A DNA stretch of 42,517 nucleotides from Gammaproteobacteria bacterium (GCA_030752195.1 JASMER010000001.1:1-42517); one strand, 5' to 3'. Shown: positions 15,564 through 24,712, counted from the stretch's first letter. Notes: generated by a model not told the origin, from the sequence alone. Numbers and translations: made by a program.

Positions 15564-16877
15564 CTACTCCGTTTCATCCCGGAACGAGACTGCGACAAGC
15601 GCTGCCGTGAGCAGCGCAATGATAGCAAGCGTGAACCACATGCCAGCGAAATTGGTGACCACACCCGCCTCACCAAAGACGTTGCCCAGGATACCGAGCG
15701 CTGGGCCAGCAATCATCGGTCCGACTCCCAGGATGATTATACCGAACACCGTCTGCGCGGAATTGCGAATATCTTCATCAGCGACGCGATCAACATACAT
15801 AAAAGCGGAAGCAAAAAAACAGGCATAGCACAATCCGTGCAAAATCTGGCTGAATACCCCTATCATCAGCGGCGCTGTCCAGACGAATTGACCCGCTGCG
15901 TCCACCGACGGCCCGGTAGAATCCTGCAGACTGATCAGCCCCCAGATCGTGTAGCGGGCAAAGTAGGCCAGAGCGCCCAGAGTGATCGTCCACCTGAAAC
16001 CCATTCGAATCAACAGCGTGCCCAGCAGGGCCAGAAAACCGATCTCTGCGAATTGCCCCACTGTCATGGCCGGCGCAATGTAAGTGACCAGCATGCCCAG
16101 TTGATTTTCAAAGAAAGGACCGGCCTGCATAAAATAAATCTGATGGATCACCGCGACCGGTAAGCTGGCAGCCACAAGCACAGCGAACGACTTACGGTTC
16201 AGCAAACTGAACGCCTTTTTGAAGGCCAGTTTCTCCACCTCTTCCTTGTTTGGCGGCGTGTGAGGCAAAAGAAAACAAAATCCGGCATATAAAAAAGCAA
16301 CCACGCCTGAGACTTTGAGGGTATCTGCCAACCTTGCGGTCGCATCGGGCACCTCATTCCCAACAAAAAATGGAGGTAGTATTTGGAACTCAAGATTGCT
16401 CTGCAGCCAGATCATTGGAAACAGCCAGCTTGCAGCAATCCAGCCAATCGTTCCCCAGACGCGAACTCGGGGAAAGTCACTCTCCGCATTGTCGAGGTGG
16501 GCGAAGGCCATCGAGTTGGTCAAGGAAAGGGTTGGCATGTACAGCACACTGTAAAGCGTCGCCAGCACTAGCCAAGCTGCGAAGGTATCCTGATAAGAAA
16601 GACTTATCTTGACGATCCCGCCAAACACAAGGAGCGCCGCCAGAAATTTTTCCGTCGCGAAATAGCGGTCGGCAAACTGTCCGGCGATGAAAGGAGCACT
16701 TACCGCACCAACTGACCCGGCTACCCCAATAATGAGGCCAACCTGGCCGGATGTGAAACCCATGCCACCGTCATCGACGGATGACTGTAAATAAGTGGCG
16801 AGCACCGGTAGCCAGACACCCCAAACAGCATACTGAAGAAACATCATCAGACTCAGGCGGCTTTTTATTGTATCCAC
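15564..16877 (-). CDS. MFS transporter of the nucleoside:H+ symporter (NupG/XapB/YegT-like, NHS) family
   Basis: I trimmed ORF 15564-17144 to GTG 16877, which has AGGAG 10 nt upstream. The longer form would overlap the divergent gene at 17035. The product begins (M)DTIKSRLSLMMFLQYAVWGVWLPVLATYL, matching the NupG-type N-terminus, and has about 12 hydrophobic segments. Confidence 0.8.
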   Translation of the reverse strand: MDTIKSRLSLMMFLQYAVWGVWLPVLATYLQSSVDDGGMGFTSGQVGLIIGVAGSVGAVSAPFIAGQFADRYFATEKFLAALLVFGGIVKISLSYQDTFAAWLVLATLYSVLYMPTLSLTNSMAFAHLDNAESDFPRVRVWGTIGWIAASWLFPMIWLQSNLEFQILPPFFVGNEVPDATARLADTLKVSGVVAFLYAGFCFLLPHTPPNKEEVEKLAFKKAFSLLNRKSFAVLVAASLPVAVIHQIYFMQAGPFFENQLGMLVTYIAPAMTVGQFAEIGFLALLGTLLIRMGFRWTITLGALAYFARYTIWGLISLQDSTGPSVDAAGQFVWTAPLMIGVFSQILHGLCYACFFASAFMYVDRVADEDIRNSAQTVFGIIILGVGPMIAGPALGILGNVFGEAGVVTNFAGMWFTLAIIALLTAALVAVSFRDETE

Positions 16878-17034
16878 AGTAAGTGGTCTCCTACTTGCTG
16901 TTATTTTCCGGCCGGCTGCACGCAGCACAGGCCTTTTTCGAAGGAAAGTAGTCGAACAAGGGGTCGATTGCAAACCATAAGGGTTTATACTGGCATCGGC
17001 CCGATCACTGACACAACTTGAGATCAAGAACCCT

Positions 17035-18090
17035 ATGAAGACCATCAAAGGACCCGCAATTTTCCTGGCCCAGTTTGTTGGCGAGGAAGCCCCTTTTAAC
17101 TGTCTGGAAAATATCGCCAGCTGGGCTGCAGAGCTCGGCTTCAAAGGAATTCAGATTCCAAGCTGGGAATCCAGACTGTTTGATCTTGAGACGGCTGCTG
17201 AAAGCCTCGGCTACTGTGATGATCTCAAGGGCATGCTGGCAGAGCGCAACATCGAAATCACTGAATTGTCGACGCACCTACAAGGGCAACTGGTAGCCGT
17301 GCACCCCGCTTATGATCAGATGTTTGATGGTTTCGCCGCCCCGGAAGTGCAGGGAAATCCCGCAGCGAGACAGGCCTGGGCCGTAGACCAGCTGTTTCTG
17401 GCGGCAAAGGCATCACAAAACCTGAGGCTGAACGCTCATGCCAGCTTTCCTGGAGCCCTCGCCTGGCCATACCTTTACCCCTGGCCGCAGCGGCCTGCAG
17501 GCCTGGTGGAGGCCGCTTTTGACGAACTGGCCAAACGATGGCTGCCAATTCTCAACGCGTTTGACAATGCAGGAGTGGATATTGGCTTCGAGATTCATCC
17601 CGGAGAGGACCTGCACGATGGTGTCACCTTTGAGATGTTTCTCGAACGCGTGAATAACCACCCGCGCTGCAACATCCTGTTCGACCCCAGCCATCTGATT
17701 CTGCAGCAGCTGGATTACCTTGGGTTCATGGATACCTACAAAGATCGTATCAAGCTCGCGCACATTAAGGATGCAGAATTCAATCCGACCGCCAAACAGG
17801 GCGTCTATGGCGGCTATCAATCCTGGGTTGATCGTGCTGGCAGATTCCGCTCTCTAGGCGACGGGCAGGTAGATTTTAACGCAATTTTCTCCAAGCTGGC
17901 CGCGAACGACTTTGACGGCTGGGCTGTGCTCGAATGGGAGTGCTGTCTTAAACATCCTGAAGATGGCGCCCGGGAAGGCGCGATCTTCATCCGGGACCAC
18001 ATCATTCGCGTCACCGACAAAGCGTTTGATGACTTTGCTGATGCCGGCACTAATGACCAGAGCAACCGAAATATCTTGGGCCTCTCATGA
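17035..18090 (+). CDS. Sugar phosphate isomerase/epimerase (xylose-isomerase-like TIM barrel), cytoplasmic
   Basis: 351 aa with no signal peptide. It carries the typical metal-site segments GFEIHPGE, DPSHL, HIKD and VLEWE. An ATGA overlap joins it to the next gene. Confidence 0.85.
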   Translation: MKTIKGPAIFLAQFVGEEAPFNCLENIASWAAELGFKGIQIPSWESRLFDLETAAESLGYCDDLKGMLAERNIEITELSTHLQGQLVAVHPAYDQMFDGFAAPEVQGNPAARQAWAVDQLFLAAKASQNLRLNAHASFPGALAWPYLYPWPQRPAGLVEAAFDELAKRWLPILNAFDNAGVDIGFEIHPGEDLHDGVTFEMFLERVNNHPRCNILFDPSHLILQQLDYLGFMDTYKDRIKLAHIKDAEFNPTAKQGVYGGYQSWVDRAGRFRSLGDGQVDFNAIFSKLAANDFDGWAVLEWECCLKHPEDGAREGAIFIRDHIIRVTDKAFDDFADAGTNDQSNRNILGLS

Positions 18091-19259
18091 GAATTAGACT
18101 TGGCATGGTGGGCGGTGGAACCGGCGCATTCATCGGCGAAGTACACCGTATTGCCGCCCGACTGGACAACAGATACGAGCTGGTCGCAGGCGCGTTCAGC
18201 AGTGATGTGGATCGAGCGAGGCAGTCTGCTGCAGCACTAGGCATTGCTCCCGACCGGGCCTATGACGATTTTTCAGAAATGGCGGAGGTAGAAGGCGCGC
18301 GGGAAGACGGCATCGATGTTGTCGCAATAGTGACCCCCAACTATCTGCATCACGCTCCAGCAAAGTGTTTCCTTGAAGCAGGCATTCATGTGATTTGTGA
18401 CAAACCGCTGACTGCATCCTTAGAAGATGCCCTGGATCTCAAACGCGTGGTCGAAGAAACCGGACTGCTGTTTGCAGTGACCTACAATTACTCCGGCTAT
18501 CCAATGGTAAGACAGGCCAGGGAGATGATACGGAGCGGCGATCTCGGGAATCTCCGCGTCGTCCAGGTCGAATATCCACAGGAGTGGCTTAGCACTGATT
18601 TGGAATCTACAGGGCAAAAACAGGCAGCCTGGAGAACAGATCCAGCCCGGGCTGGCGCTGGCGGCTCGCTGGGAGATATAGGTACACACGCGTTCCACCT
18701 CGCCGAGTTCATAACCGGGCTGGAAGTCAACAGTGTGCTGGCAGATCTCAGCGCCTTCGTCCCCAGCAGATTACTGGATGACAACGCACAAATCATGTTG
18801 CGCTTCGCCAATGGCGCCCGAGGTTCTCTGTGGGCCAGCCAGGTCGCAGTAGGGCATGAAAACGGATTGCGAATACGGATTTATGGCGATCAGGCGAGTC
18901 TTGAATGGTTTCAGGAACAACCCAACCAGCTCAAGTTTTGCCGCCTCGGTGGCACCGCTCAGTATTTTACCCGCGGAGGAGCTGCTGCCGGTGATGCGGC
19001 AAATGCCGTCACCCGGATACCCGGTGGGCATCCTGAAGGGTTCCTCGAGGCTTTTGCCAACCTCTATAGCGATTTTGCTGACCAAATAGAAGCTTTCACT
19101 GCGCAGAGTCCAACTAACGATATCGAACTTCTGGTCCCCTCAGTAACAGAAGGCGTCAAAGGAGTGGTATTCGTTGAAAAAGCCGTTGCGTCCTCTGAAA
19201 ACGGTAGCGTCTGGGTGAGCATGGATTACCGAGGCTCAGCTGCAAAAGAAGGCTTTTGA
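18087..19259 (+). CDS. Gfo/Idh/MocA family NAD(P)-dependent oxidoreductase, cytoplasmic
   Basis: The 390-aa product has the N-terminal Rossmann motif MRIRLGMVGGGTGAFIGEVH and an ICDKPL segment. It is translationally coupled to 17035-18090 through a 4-nt overlap. Confidence 0.9.
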   Translation: MRIRLGMVGGGTGAFIGEVHRIAARLDNRYELVAGAFSSDVDRARQSAAALGIAPDRAYDDFSEMAEVEGAREDGIDVVAIVTPNYLHHAPAKCFLEAGIHVICDKPLTASLEDALDLKRVVEETGLLFAVTYNYSGYPMVRQAREMIRSGDLGNLRVVQVEYPQEWLSTDLESTGQKQAAWRTDPARAGAGGSLGDIGTHAFHLAEFITGLEVNSVLADLSAFVPSRLLDDNAQIMLRFANGARGSLWASQVAVGHENGLRIRIYGDQASLEWFQEQPNQLKFCRLGGTAQYFTRGGAAAGDAANAVTRIPGGHPEGFLEAFANLYSDFADQIEAFTAQSPTNDIELLVPSVTEGVKGVVFVEKAVASSENGSVWVSMDYRGSAAKEGF

Positions 19260-19307
19260 GCGGCTTAGATTTACGGTAGGCTGAAAATAAAATTTCGGAG
19301 TGTTCCA

Positions 19308-20153
19308 ATGACTGGGTTAGAAACTAAGCAAAATCGACGTCACTTTTTACAGCGGAGTCTGCTGCTGTCTGCTAGCTTTGGCTTCTCGTCGATGCTCGCG
19401 GCTCAAACTAGGCAAGTTGAGCGCATCGGCCTTCAGCTATATACACTTCGGGAGGAGCTTTCCCGGGACTTCGATGGCACCCTGTCCCGGGCCGCGGCAT
19501 TAGGTTTTCGCGAGATGGAATTCGCTGGATACTTCGAGCGTAATGCTGCAGAGGTCAGAAAGGTATTAGATGACAATGGTCTAAGCAGCCCTGCGGCCCA
19601 CATTCAGATGGCGGCAGTACGCTCCGATCTGCAGCGGGAAATCGATTTTGCCGCGGAGGTTGGCCAGCGATACATCGTAGTGCCGATTATTGCTGACTCT
19701 GAGCGAAGCGCCGATGATTACAAGCGCCATGCCGAAACCCTTAACCATGCGGGCGAGATGACACGCGCTGCTGGCATCAAGATGGCCTACCACAACCACG
19801 GTTTTGAATTTGAGCGGACTGGCAATCGGGCACATTACGACATCCTATTGGAAGAGACTGAACCTGACTTGGTCGACTTTGAGCTGGATTTATACTGGAT
19901 AGCCAATGCCGGCGTCGATCCGATGACTTATCTTGTCAATCATCCTGGGCGATTCAGCATGCTCCACGTCAAGGACAGGGATCAGTTCGGTCGCATGACT
20001 TCCGTTGGTAGCGGTACCATTAATTTTGCTAAGATCTTTGCGCAAGCTGACACAGCAGGCTTCCAGCACTTCTTTATTGAACATGACAATCCTGGCGATG
20101 GGTTTGCATCAATTGCCAGCAGCATATACACCTTGCGCAATTTACAGTTCTAA
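19308..20153 (+). CDS. Tat-exported sugar phosphate isomerase/epimerase-like TIM-barrel protein (periplasmic)
   Basis: 281 aa with GGAG 9 nt upstream. The twin-arginine signal is NRRHFLQRSLLLSASFGFSSMLAAQ. The TIM-barrel family segments YHNHGFEFE, LDLYW and LHVKD are present. Confidence 0.85.
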   Translation: MTGLETKQNRRHFLQRSLLLSASFGFSSMLAAQTRQVERIGLQLYTLREELSRDFDGTLSRAAALGFREMEFAGYFERNAAEVRKVLDDNGLSSPAAHIQMAAVRSDLQREIDFAAEVGQRYIVVPIIADSERSADDYKRHAETLNHAGEMTRAAGIKMAYHNHGFEFERTGNRAHYDILLEETEPDLVDFELDLYWIANAGVDPMTYLVNHPGRFSMLHVKDRDQFGRMTSVGSGTINFAKIFAQADTAGFQHFFIEHDNPGDGFASIASSIYTLRNLQF

Positions 20154-20180
20154 ACTGTTAGCACACCTGGAGACGAGACA

Positions 20181-20720
20181 ATGAAAACAAGACGGGAATT
20201 CTTGCAGGGACTCATAATCTCTGTCGGTGGTGCATCAGCACTTAGCGCCTGTGGTGATGCCGCGACCATTGTCGCGACAGCTGCCGGAGAGGGCGGGCGA
20301 TTCTATTCGGCTGATGAAATGGCACTCATCAGTCGCATCAGTGATCTGGTTATTCCACGTACCGAAACCCCCGGTGCGCTTGACGCCAACGTCCCCGGCT
20401 ATCTAGATGCACTGATGTCTGACTGGGCCAGTGCTGAGACCCAAAATAACCACCGCGAAGCGCTCCAGCTCATTTCACAGCGCTTGGATAGCCTGAGCGG
20501 AAACTTTATGACTACCAGTGAAGCTGGGGCGGCTGCGGCCCTTTCTGAATTGGACAGTGATGCCTTTGACGGCGACAACGGCCTGGGTGGATATCGCTCC
20601 CTGAAAGGCTACATTACTCAGTCTTATTTCGCGACTGAGGCGGGTGCAACCGAAGAGTTGAAATGGGTTGCCCTTCCGGGCCGCTGGGATCCCAGCGTTG
20701 ATATTTCGACTGGCGACTAG
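20181..20720 (+). CDS. Gluconate 2-dehydrogenase subunit 3-family small subunit (Tat signal 'hitch-hiker' partner of the GMC flavoprotein)
   Basis: 179 aa with the Tat signal MKTRREFLQGLIISVGGASALSAC. The segment ISDLVIPRTETPGALDANVPGYLDALM is typical of this small-subunit family. It sits 11 nt upstream of the GMC gene. Confidence 0.8.
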   Translation: MKTRREFLQGLIISVGGASALSACGDAATIVATAAGEGGRFYSADEMALISRISDLVIPRTETPGALDANVPGYLDALMSDWASAETQNNHREALQLISQRLDSLSGNFMTTSEAGAAAALSELDSDAFDGDNGLGGYRSLKGYITQSYFATEAGATEELKWVALPGRWDPSVDISTGD

Positions 20721-20731
20721 GGAGAATCGAT

Positions 20732-22438
20732 ATGGCAGAAGCAGAGTTTGATGCAATCGTAGTGGGTTCAGGAATGAGCGGCGGCATGTCCGCGAAAGAA
20801 CTGTGTCAGCGAGGCCTGAAGGTGCTAGTGCTGGAGCGCGGGCCGGAAATAGTCCCGGAGCGAGATTACACTGATCAGCTGGCACCATGGGAGAGCGATC
20901 ATCTGGATAACGTGGCACAAGATGAAATTAAAAAACACTACTACAAACAGTACAGTGGCGTTGCCTATGCTATCAAGGAGTCGACGAAACATTTCTGGGT
21001 AAAAGATGACGAGCATCCGTATGAAGAAGCTGAAGGCACCAGCTATGACTGGTTGCGGGGCTATCATACCGCGGGTCGCTCTATCATGTGGAGCCGACAG
21101 ACGTATCGCTTGGGACCGCAGGATTTCACGGCAAATCTTGAGGAAGGCGTTGGCGTGGATTGGCCGGTCCGCTATGAAGATATCGTTCCATGGTATGAGA
21201 AGGTAGAAACCTTCGTTGGCGTCTCTGGCAGTGAAGAGAGTCTTGATCAACTGCCTGACAGCGTATTTCAGCCGGCCTTTGAACTGACTGACGCCGAGAA
21301 GACATTCAAGCAGAAGGTTGAAACAAGATTTAACGGCAGGAATGTGATTCCGGCGCGGATTGCCCACCTGACGAACGCCACCGAAGAACAGCGCGCACTC
21401 GGCAGAAGTAATTGTCAGGCCCGCAATCGTTGTCACCACGGTTGCACCTTCAAGGCGTATTTCTCATCCCTGAATGCTACCCTACCTGCTGCAGAGCGCA
21501 CCGGCAATCTGACCATGGTGCATAACGCTATCGTCCAGGGGCTGGACTATGACCCTGCGAACAACCGCATTAGCGGCGTCCGGGTTGTCGACGCAGAGAC
21601 CAATGAAGCACGAACCTACAATTCCAGGGTGGTTTTCCTCAACGCATCAGCGATCGCTTCAGCAATGATCCTACTGCAGTCGAAGTCGGAGAGTTTTCCT
21701 ACGGGGTTAGCAAACCGCTCTGATCAGGTCGGGCGCAATCTCATGGATCACGTCAGCAGCGCGGGGGTCGCCGGAATCATGACAGGATTTGAGGATAAGA
21801 CTGTTTTTGGCAGGCGACCCAGCGGCGGCATTTATATTCCGCGTTACGCCAACGTTACCGAAAACGACAAACCCTACAAGCGCGGCTTCGGCTTCCAAGG
21901 AGGAGCACGTCCGCTTGGCAATTCGGGCGGCCAGATCGCCGGCATCGGAAGGGACTTCAAGGAGGCCCACAAACGCCCCGGGCCCTGGCGCTTTAGTGTC
22001 CTGGCTTTTGGTGAGCAGCTGCCTAATCCGGAGAACCGCGTGACGCTCCATGCGTCTCGCAGGGATCGATGGGGCAATCCGGTTCCTGTTTTCAATGTGT
22101 CATACGGCGAAAATGAACGCATCATGCAGAAGGAGGCGGTCAAGGACGCACAGGCCATGATGGAGGCAGCCGGGTGTATCAACATCACGACGAGCAATGC
22201 CGACCTGTCCAAGCCCGGCAACAGGATCCACGAGATGGGTACCGCACGCATGGGCCGGGACCCAACAACTTCAGTGCTTAATGGCTGGGCTCAGGCTCAC
22301 GATGTGCCAAATCTGTTTATTACTGACGGCGCATTTATGACCTCTTCGGCCTGCCAGAATCCCTCTCTGACTTATATGGCTTTCAGTGCCAGAGCAGCGA
22401 ACTATGCTGCAGACCTGATATCTGAAGGCGTCATTTGA
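20732..22438 (+). CDS. GMC-family FAD-dependent oxidoreductase, catalytic subunit (no signal peptide of its own)
   Basis: 568 aa. The N-terminus is the FAD-binding fold itself (FDAIVVGSGMSGGMSAKEL...LVLERG). The C-terminal GMC segment includes HEMGTARMG...NLFITDGAFMTSS. Confidence 0.9.
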   Translation: MAEAEFDAIVVGSGMSGGMSAKELCQRGLKVLVLERGPEIVPERDYTDQLAPWESDHLDNVAQDEIKKHYYKQYSGVAYAIKESTKHFWVKDDEHPYEEAEGTSYDWLRGYHTAGRSIMWSRQTYRLGPQDFTANLEEGVGVDWPVRYEDIVPWYEKVETFVGVSGSEESLDQLPDSVFQPAFELTDAEKTFKQKVETRFNGRNVIPARIAHLTNATEEQRALGRSNCQARNRCHHGCTFKAYFSSLNATLPAAERTGNLTMVHNAIVQGLDYDPANNRISGVRVVDAETNEARTYNSRVVFLNASAIASAMILLQSKSESFPTGLANRSDQVGRNLMDHVSSAGVAGIMTGFEDKTVFGRRPSGGIYIPRYANVTENDKPYKRGFGFQGGARPLGNSGGQIAGIGRDFKEAHKRPGPWRFSVLAFGEQLPNPENRVTLHASRRDRWGNPVPVFNVSYGENERIMQKEAVKDAQAMMEAAGCINITTSNADLSKPGNRIHEMGTARMGRDPTTSVLNGWAQAHDVPNLFITDGAFMTSSACQNPSLTYMAFSARAANYAADLISEGVI

Positions 22439-22455
22439 GGGTTTCAGTTGGCATC

Positions 22456-22483
22456 AAAAGAGGCGCCAGTCGGCGCCTTTTTT
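22456..22483. terminator. Bidirectional rho-independent terminator between convergent genes
   Basis: aaaaga-GGCGCC-agtc-GGCGCC-tttttt. A 6-bp GC stem with a 4-nt loop is flanked by an A-tract and a T-tract. It lies between the stops at 22438 (+) and 22498 (-). Confidence 0.75.
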
Positions 22484-22497
22484 AATTGAATTAAGGC

Positions 22498-23277
22498 TCA
22501 CCGATCAAGCGGCAGGAGCTCAAGCGTTCTGATCTCAAGCGGGTGGCTCTCCGCCTGCACAGAGATGTACCCGCTATCGACCGACACTGATGCACCAGCC
22601 TCAATAAGCCGCTGCGCATCCGGGTCGCTCGGATCCAGCTGCACACGGGCATATTCAAAGACAACGTTTCCATTGACAAGGTGCCGAATGGATTCACTGC
22701 CTCTGACTACCAACTCCATCACCACCCACTGATCACCGTGATACGTCTCTGATACCGAATTAGTACAGTGCACCGTAATCAATTCACCATCCATTACATA
22801 ATGGGTGCCCGGAGAGCAGACATTGGCGGTAGGCCGAGCTTCGCTGCCGGTACCCCCAAGCATCTGCGCTTCAATTGAAGCTGGGAACTCCTGCTCAAGG
22901 GTCATAGACTCGGGAGACTGGCTGTGGAACATAATGCCGTTATTTCGAAGAGCCCAAGCGGGCCCATTAGTTACCTGCTCTCCGGTGAATCGATATTCGA
23001 CCCGCAGCCGGTAGTGTGAAAAAGGTTGTTTGTAAAAGATATGCCCAAACTCGTTGCGGAAGTCACTCCAATTGTCGTACGAGACTTTGAACAAGCCGTC
23101 CTCGACACGAAAGGTGTTCAAATGATTTACCCCCAGCGGGAAGCCGGTAAATTTTGGGGTCCAGCCCTCAAGATCTTTACCATTAAACAATTGAATCCAT
23201 TCATCCGAGCCCGCACTCTGAGCATTCAACCCACCGAATGCCAGAATTGCGCATAGTGCAATAACGAATTCTCTCAC
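22498..23277 (-). CDS. DUF1080 (3-keto-disaccharide hydrolase family) secreted protein
   Basis: 259 aa with a GTG start and the Sec signal (M)REFVIALCAILAFGGLNAQS. The hallmark N-terminal pattern WIQLFNGKDLEGWTPKF...FRVEDGLFKV and a concanavalin-like remainder are present. Confidence 0.85.
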   Translation of the reverse strand: MREFVIALCAILAFGGLNAQSAGSDEWIQLFNGKDLEGWTPKFTGFPLGVNHLNTFRVEDGLFKVSYDNWSDFRNEFGHIFYKQPFSHYRLRVEYRFTGEQVTNGPAWALRNNGIMFHSQSPESMTLEQEFPASIEAQMLGGTGSEARPTANVCSPGTHYVMDGELITVHCTNSVSETYHGDQWVVMELVVRGSESIRHLVNGNVVFEYARVQLDPSDPDAQRLIEAGASVSVDSGYISVQAESHPLEIRTLELLPLDR

Positions 23278-23323
23278 CCCTCTGAACCTCTTATACCGTT
23301 ACTCTGGTCCGGCATCAGCGTTA

Positions 23324-24712
23324 TCAGACCAGGCCAAAGCCCGGCCGATAGGATTTATCCAGATAGCCGTTCGCTTCTTCATCATTCGTAAACCGCATGC
23401 TGCCAGCATCGTAATCGAGCACTTTATGATCGCCAGCCCTGATGGTGGCGATGTTGCCAAGCAGCATGGTCTCGGTCAGCCTGCCGGAATACTCAAAACC
23501 GGAGGTTGTGCGTTTGCTGCGGTCTTTGATGGCGTCTATCCATTCCTGATAGATACCCGTCGACCGGGGTAGGGTTCGTTCCGGAGCCTGAACTGAGCTG
23601 TGAACTGATGCGGGAATTAATTGCGGGTCACGGCCATATACACCGTGCATCAAAATGTTGCGCTGACCCACTATCAGAACGCCTCCATCGTTGTCACCCA
23701 TCTGCCGTCCGTTTTCAAGCCCAAGCGGCCGCTCAGGCATCAGGCCGCCGTCATACCAGGTCATCTTGACCGAGGGACGAGTATCATTGGCTGGAAATTC
23801 GAAGTGAATTTTGGAGGCGATCGGGAAAGTTTCCATACCCCGACCAAAACGGGACGAGCTGGCCGAGATTCTGCTGGGAAGTCCCAGATTCAATGCCCAG
23901 TACGGATGATCAATGATATGAGCGCCCATATCCCCTACGACCCCAGTACCAAAATCCAGCCAGCCGCGCCAGTTAAATGGATGATAAGCACGCTCTACGT
24001 AAGGTCGATGAGATGCGGCTCCCAACCAAAGATCCCAACCCAAAGAGTCAGGGATAGGTGTTTCACCCTCCGGACGACCGATCCCTTGAGGCCAGACTGG
24101 CCGGTTGGTCCAGCAGTGTACTTCACTGATGTCACCCAGCGCTCCGGAGGCCACCCACTCGTTGATCAGTCGAGCCCCTTCGCCTGCATGCCCCTGATTG
24201 CCCATTTGGGTAACGACATTATTAGCCTCAGCGGCCCTTGCCAGCATGCGACACTCATTGACGGTATGACAGAGTGGCTTTTGAACATAGACATGTTTTC
24301 CCATACCGATCGCATGCATCGCAATGGGTGCATGCATGTGGTCGGGCGTACTGATAAGGACTGCGTCAATTTCAGGTTCACTGTCGAGCATCTCACGATA
24401 ATCCCGATAGGTTTTTGTTTTATCCCGAAACGAGGCTGCAAAATCCTGCTGCAGCGTGTCCGCGAGCCGGCGATCATCGATATCGCAAATCGCATAGATA
24501 TTTTCGTGGGCCACACTTTGAATATCCGAACTGCCCTTCCCAGCCGCGCCGACAGCCGCAATATTTAAGCGGTCACTGGGTGCAATGTAGTTCTCCCCTC
24601 CAAGTACGGCTCTCGGCACAATCATGAATGCCGTCGCCGCGCCGGCACGTTTCATGAAACCTCTTCGGGTTTCGGATTTAGGCAGCTCAGGCCGGGTGGA
24701 TTGCTTTTTCAT
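23324..24712 (-). CDS. Tat-exported Gfo/Idh/MocA family oxidoreductase (periplasmic)
   Basis: I trimmed ORF 23324-24748 (TTG start) to ATG 24712. The Tat signal is ETRRGFMKRAGAATAFMIVPRAVLG. It is followed by the Rossmann segment NIAAVGAAGKGSSD and VYVQKPL. Confidence 0.85.
   Translation of the reverse strand: MKKQSTRPELPKSETRRGFMKRAGAATAFMIVPRAVLGGENYIAPSDRLNIAAVGAAGKGSSDIQSVAHENIYAICDIDDRRLADTLQQDFAASFRDKTKTYRDYREMLDSEPEIDAVLISTPDHMHAPIAMHAIGMGKHVYVQKPLCHTVNECRMLARAAEANNVVTQMGNQGHAGEGARLINEWVASGALGDISEVHCWTNRPVWPQGIGRPEGETPIPDSLGWDLWLGAASHRPYVERAYHPFNWRGWLDFGTGVVGDMGAHIIDHPYWALNLGLPSRISASSSRFGRGMETFPIASKIHFEFPANDTRPSVKMTWYDGGLMPERPLGLENGRQMGDNDGGVLIVGQRNILMHGVYGRDPQLIPASVHSSVQAPERTLPRSTGIYQEWIDAIKDRSKRTTSGFEYSGRLTETMLLGNIATIRAGDHKVLDYDAGSMRFTNDEEANGYLDKSYRPGFGLV

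Noticed and set aside
15540-16163. 207-aa ORF on the plus strand.
   Set aside because: It is antisense to the MFS permease gene. The translation is Arg/Gln/Asp-rich and non-hydrophobic, so I treat it as a shadow ORF.
16878-17144. 89-codon N-terminal extension of the MFS ORF (ATG at 17144).
   Set aside because: The extension would overlap the divergent TIM-barrel gene that starts at 17035, and it is not hydrophobic or family-like. GTG 16877 has a well-spaced AGGAG and restores the canonical NupG-like N-terminus.
20825-21439. 204-aa ORF on the minus strand.
   Set aside because: It is antisense to the GMC oxidoreductase gene and has no recognisable features, so I treat it as a shadow ORF.
23621-24568. 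315-aa ORF on the plus strand.
   Set aside because: It is antisense to the Tat-signal Gfo/Idh/MocA gene. Its composition is low-complexity and Arg/Pro-rich with no motifs, so I treat it as a shadow ORF.
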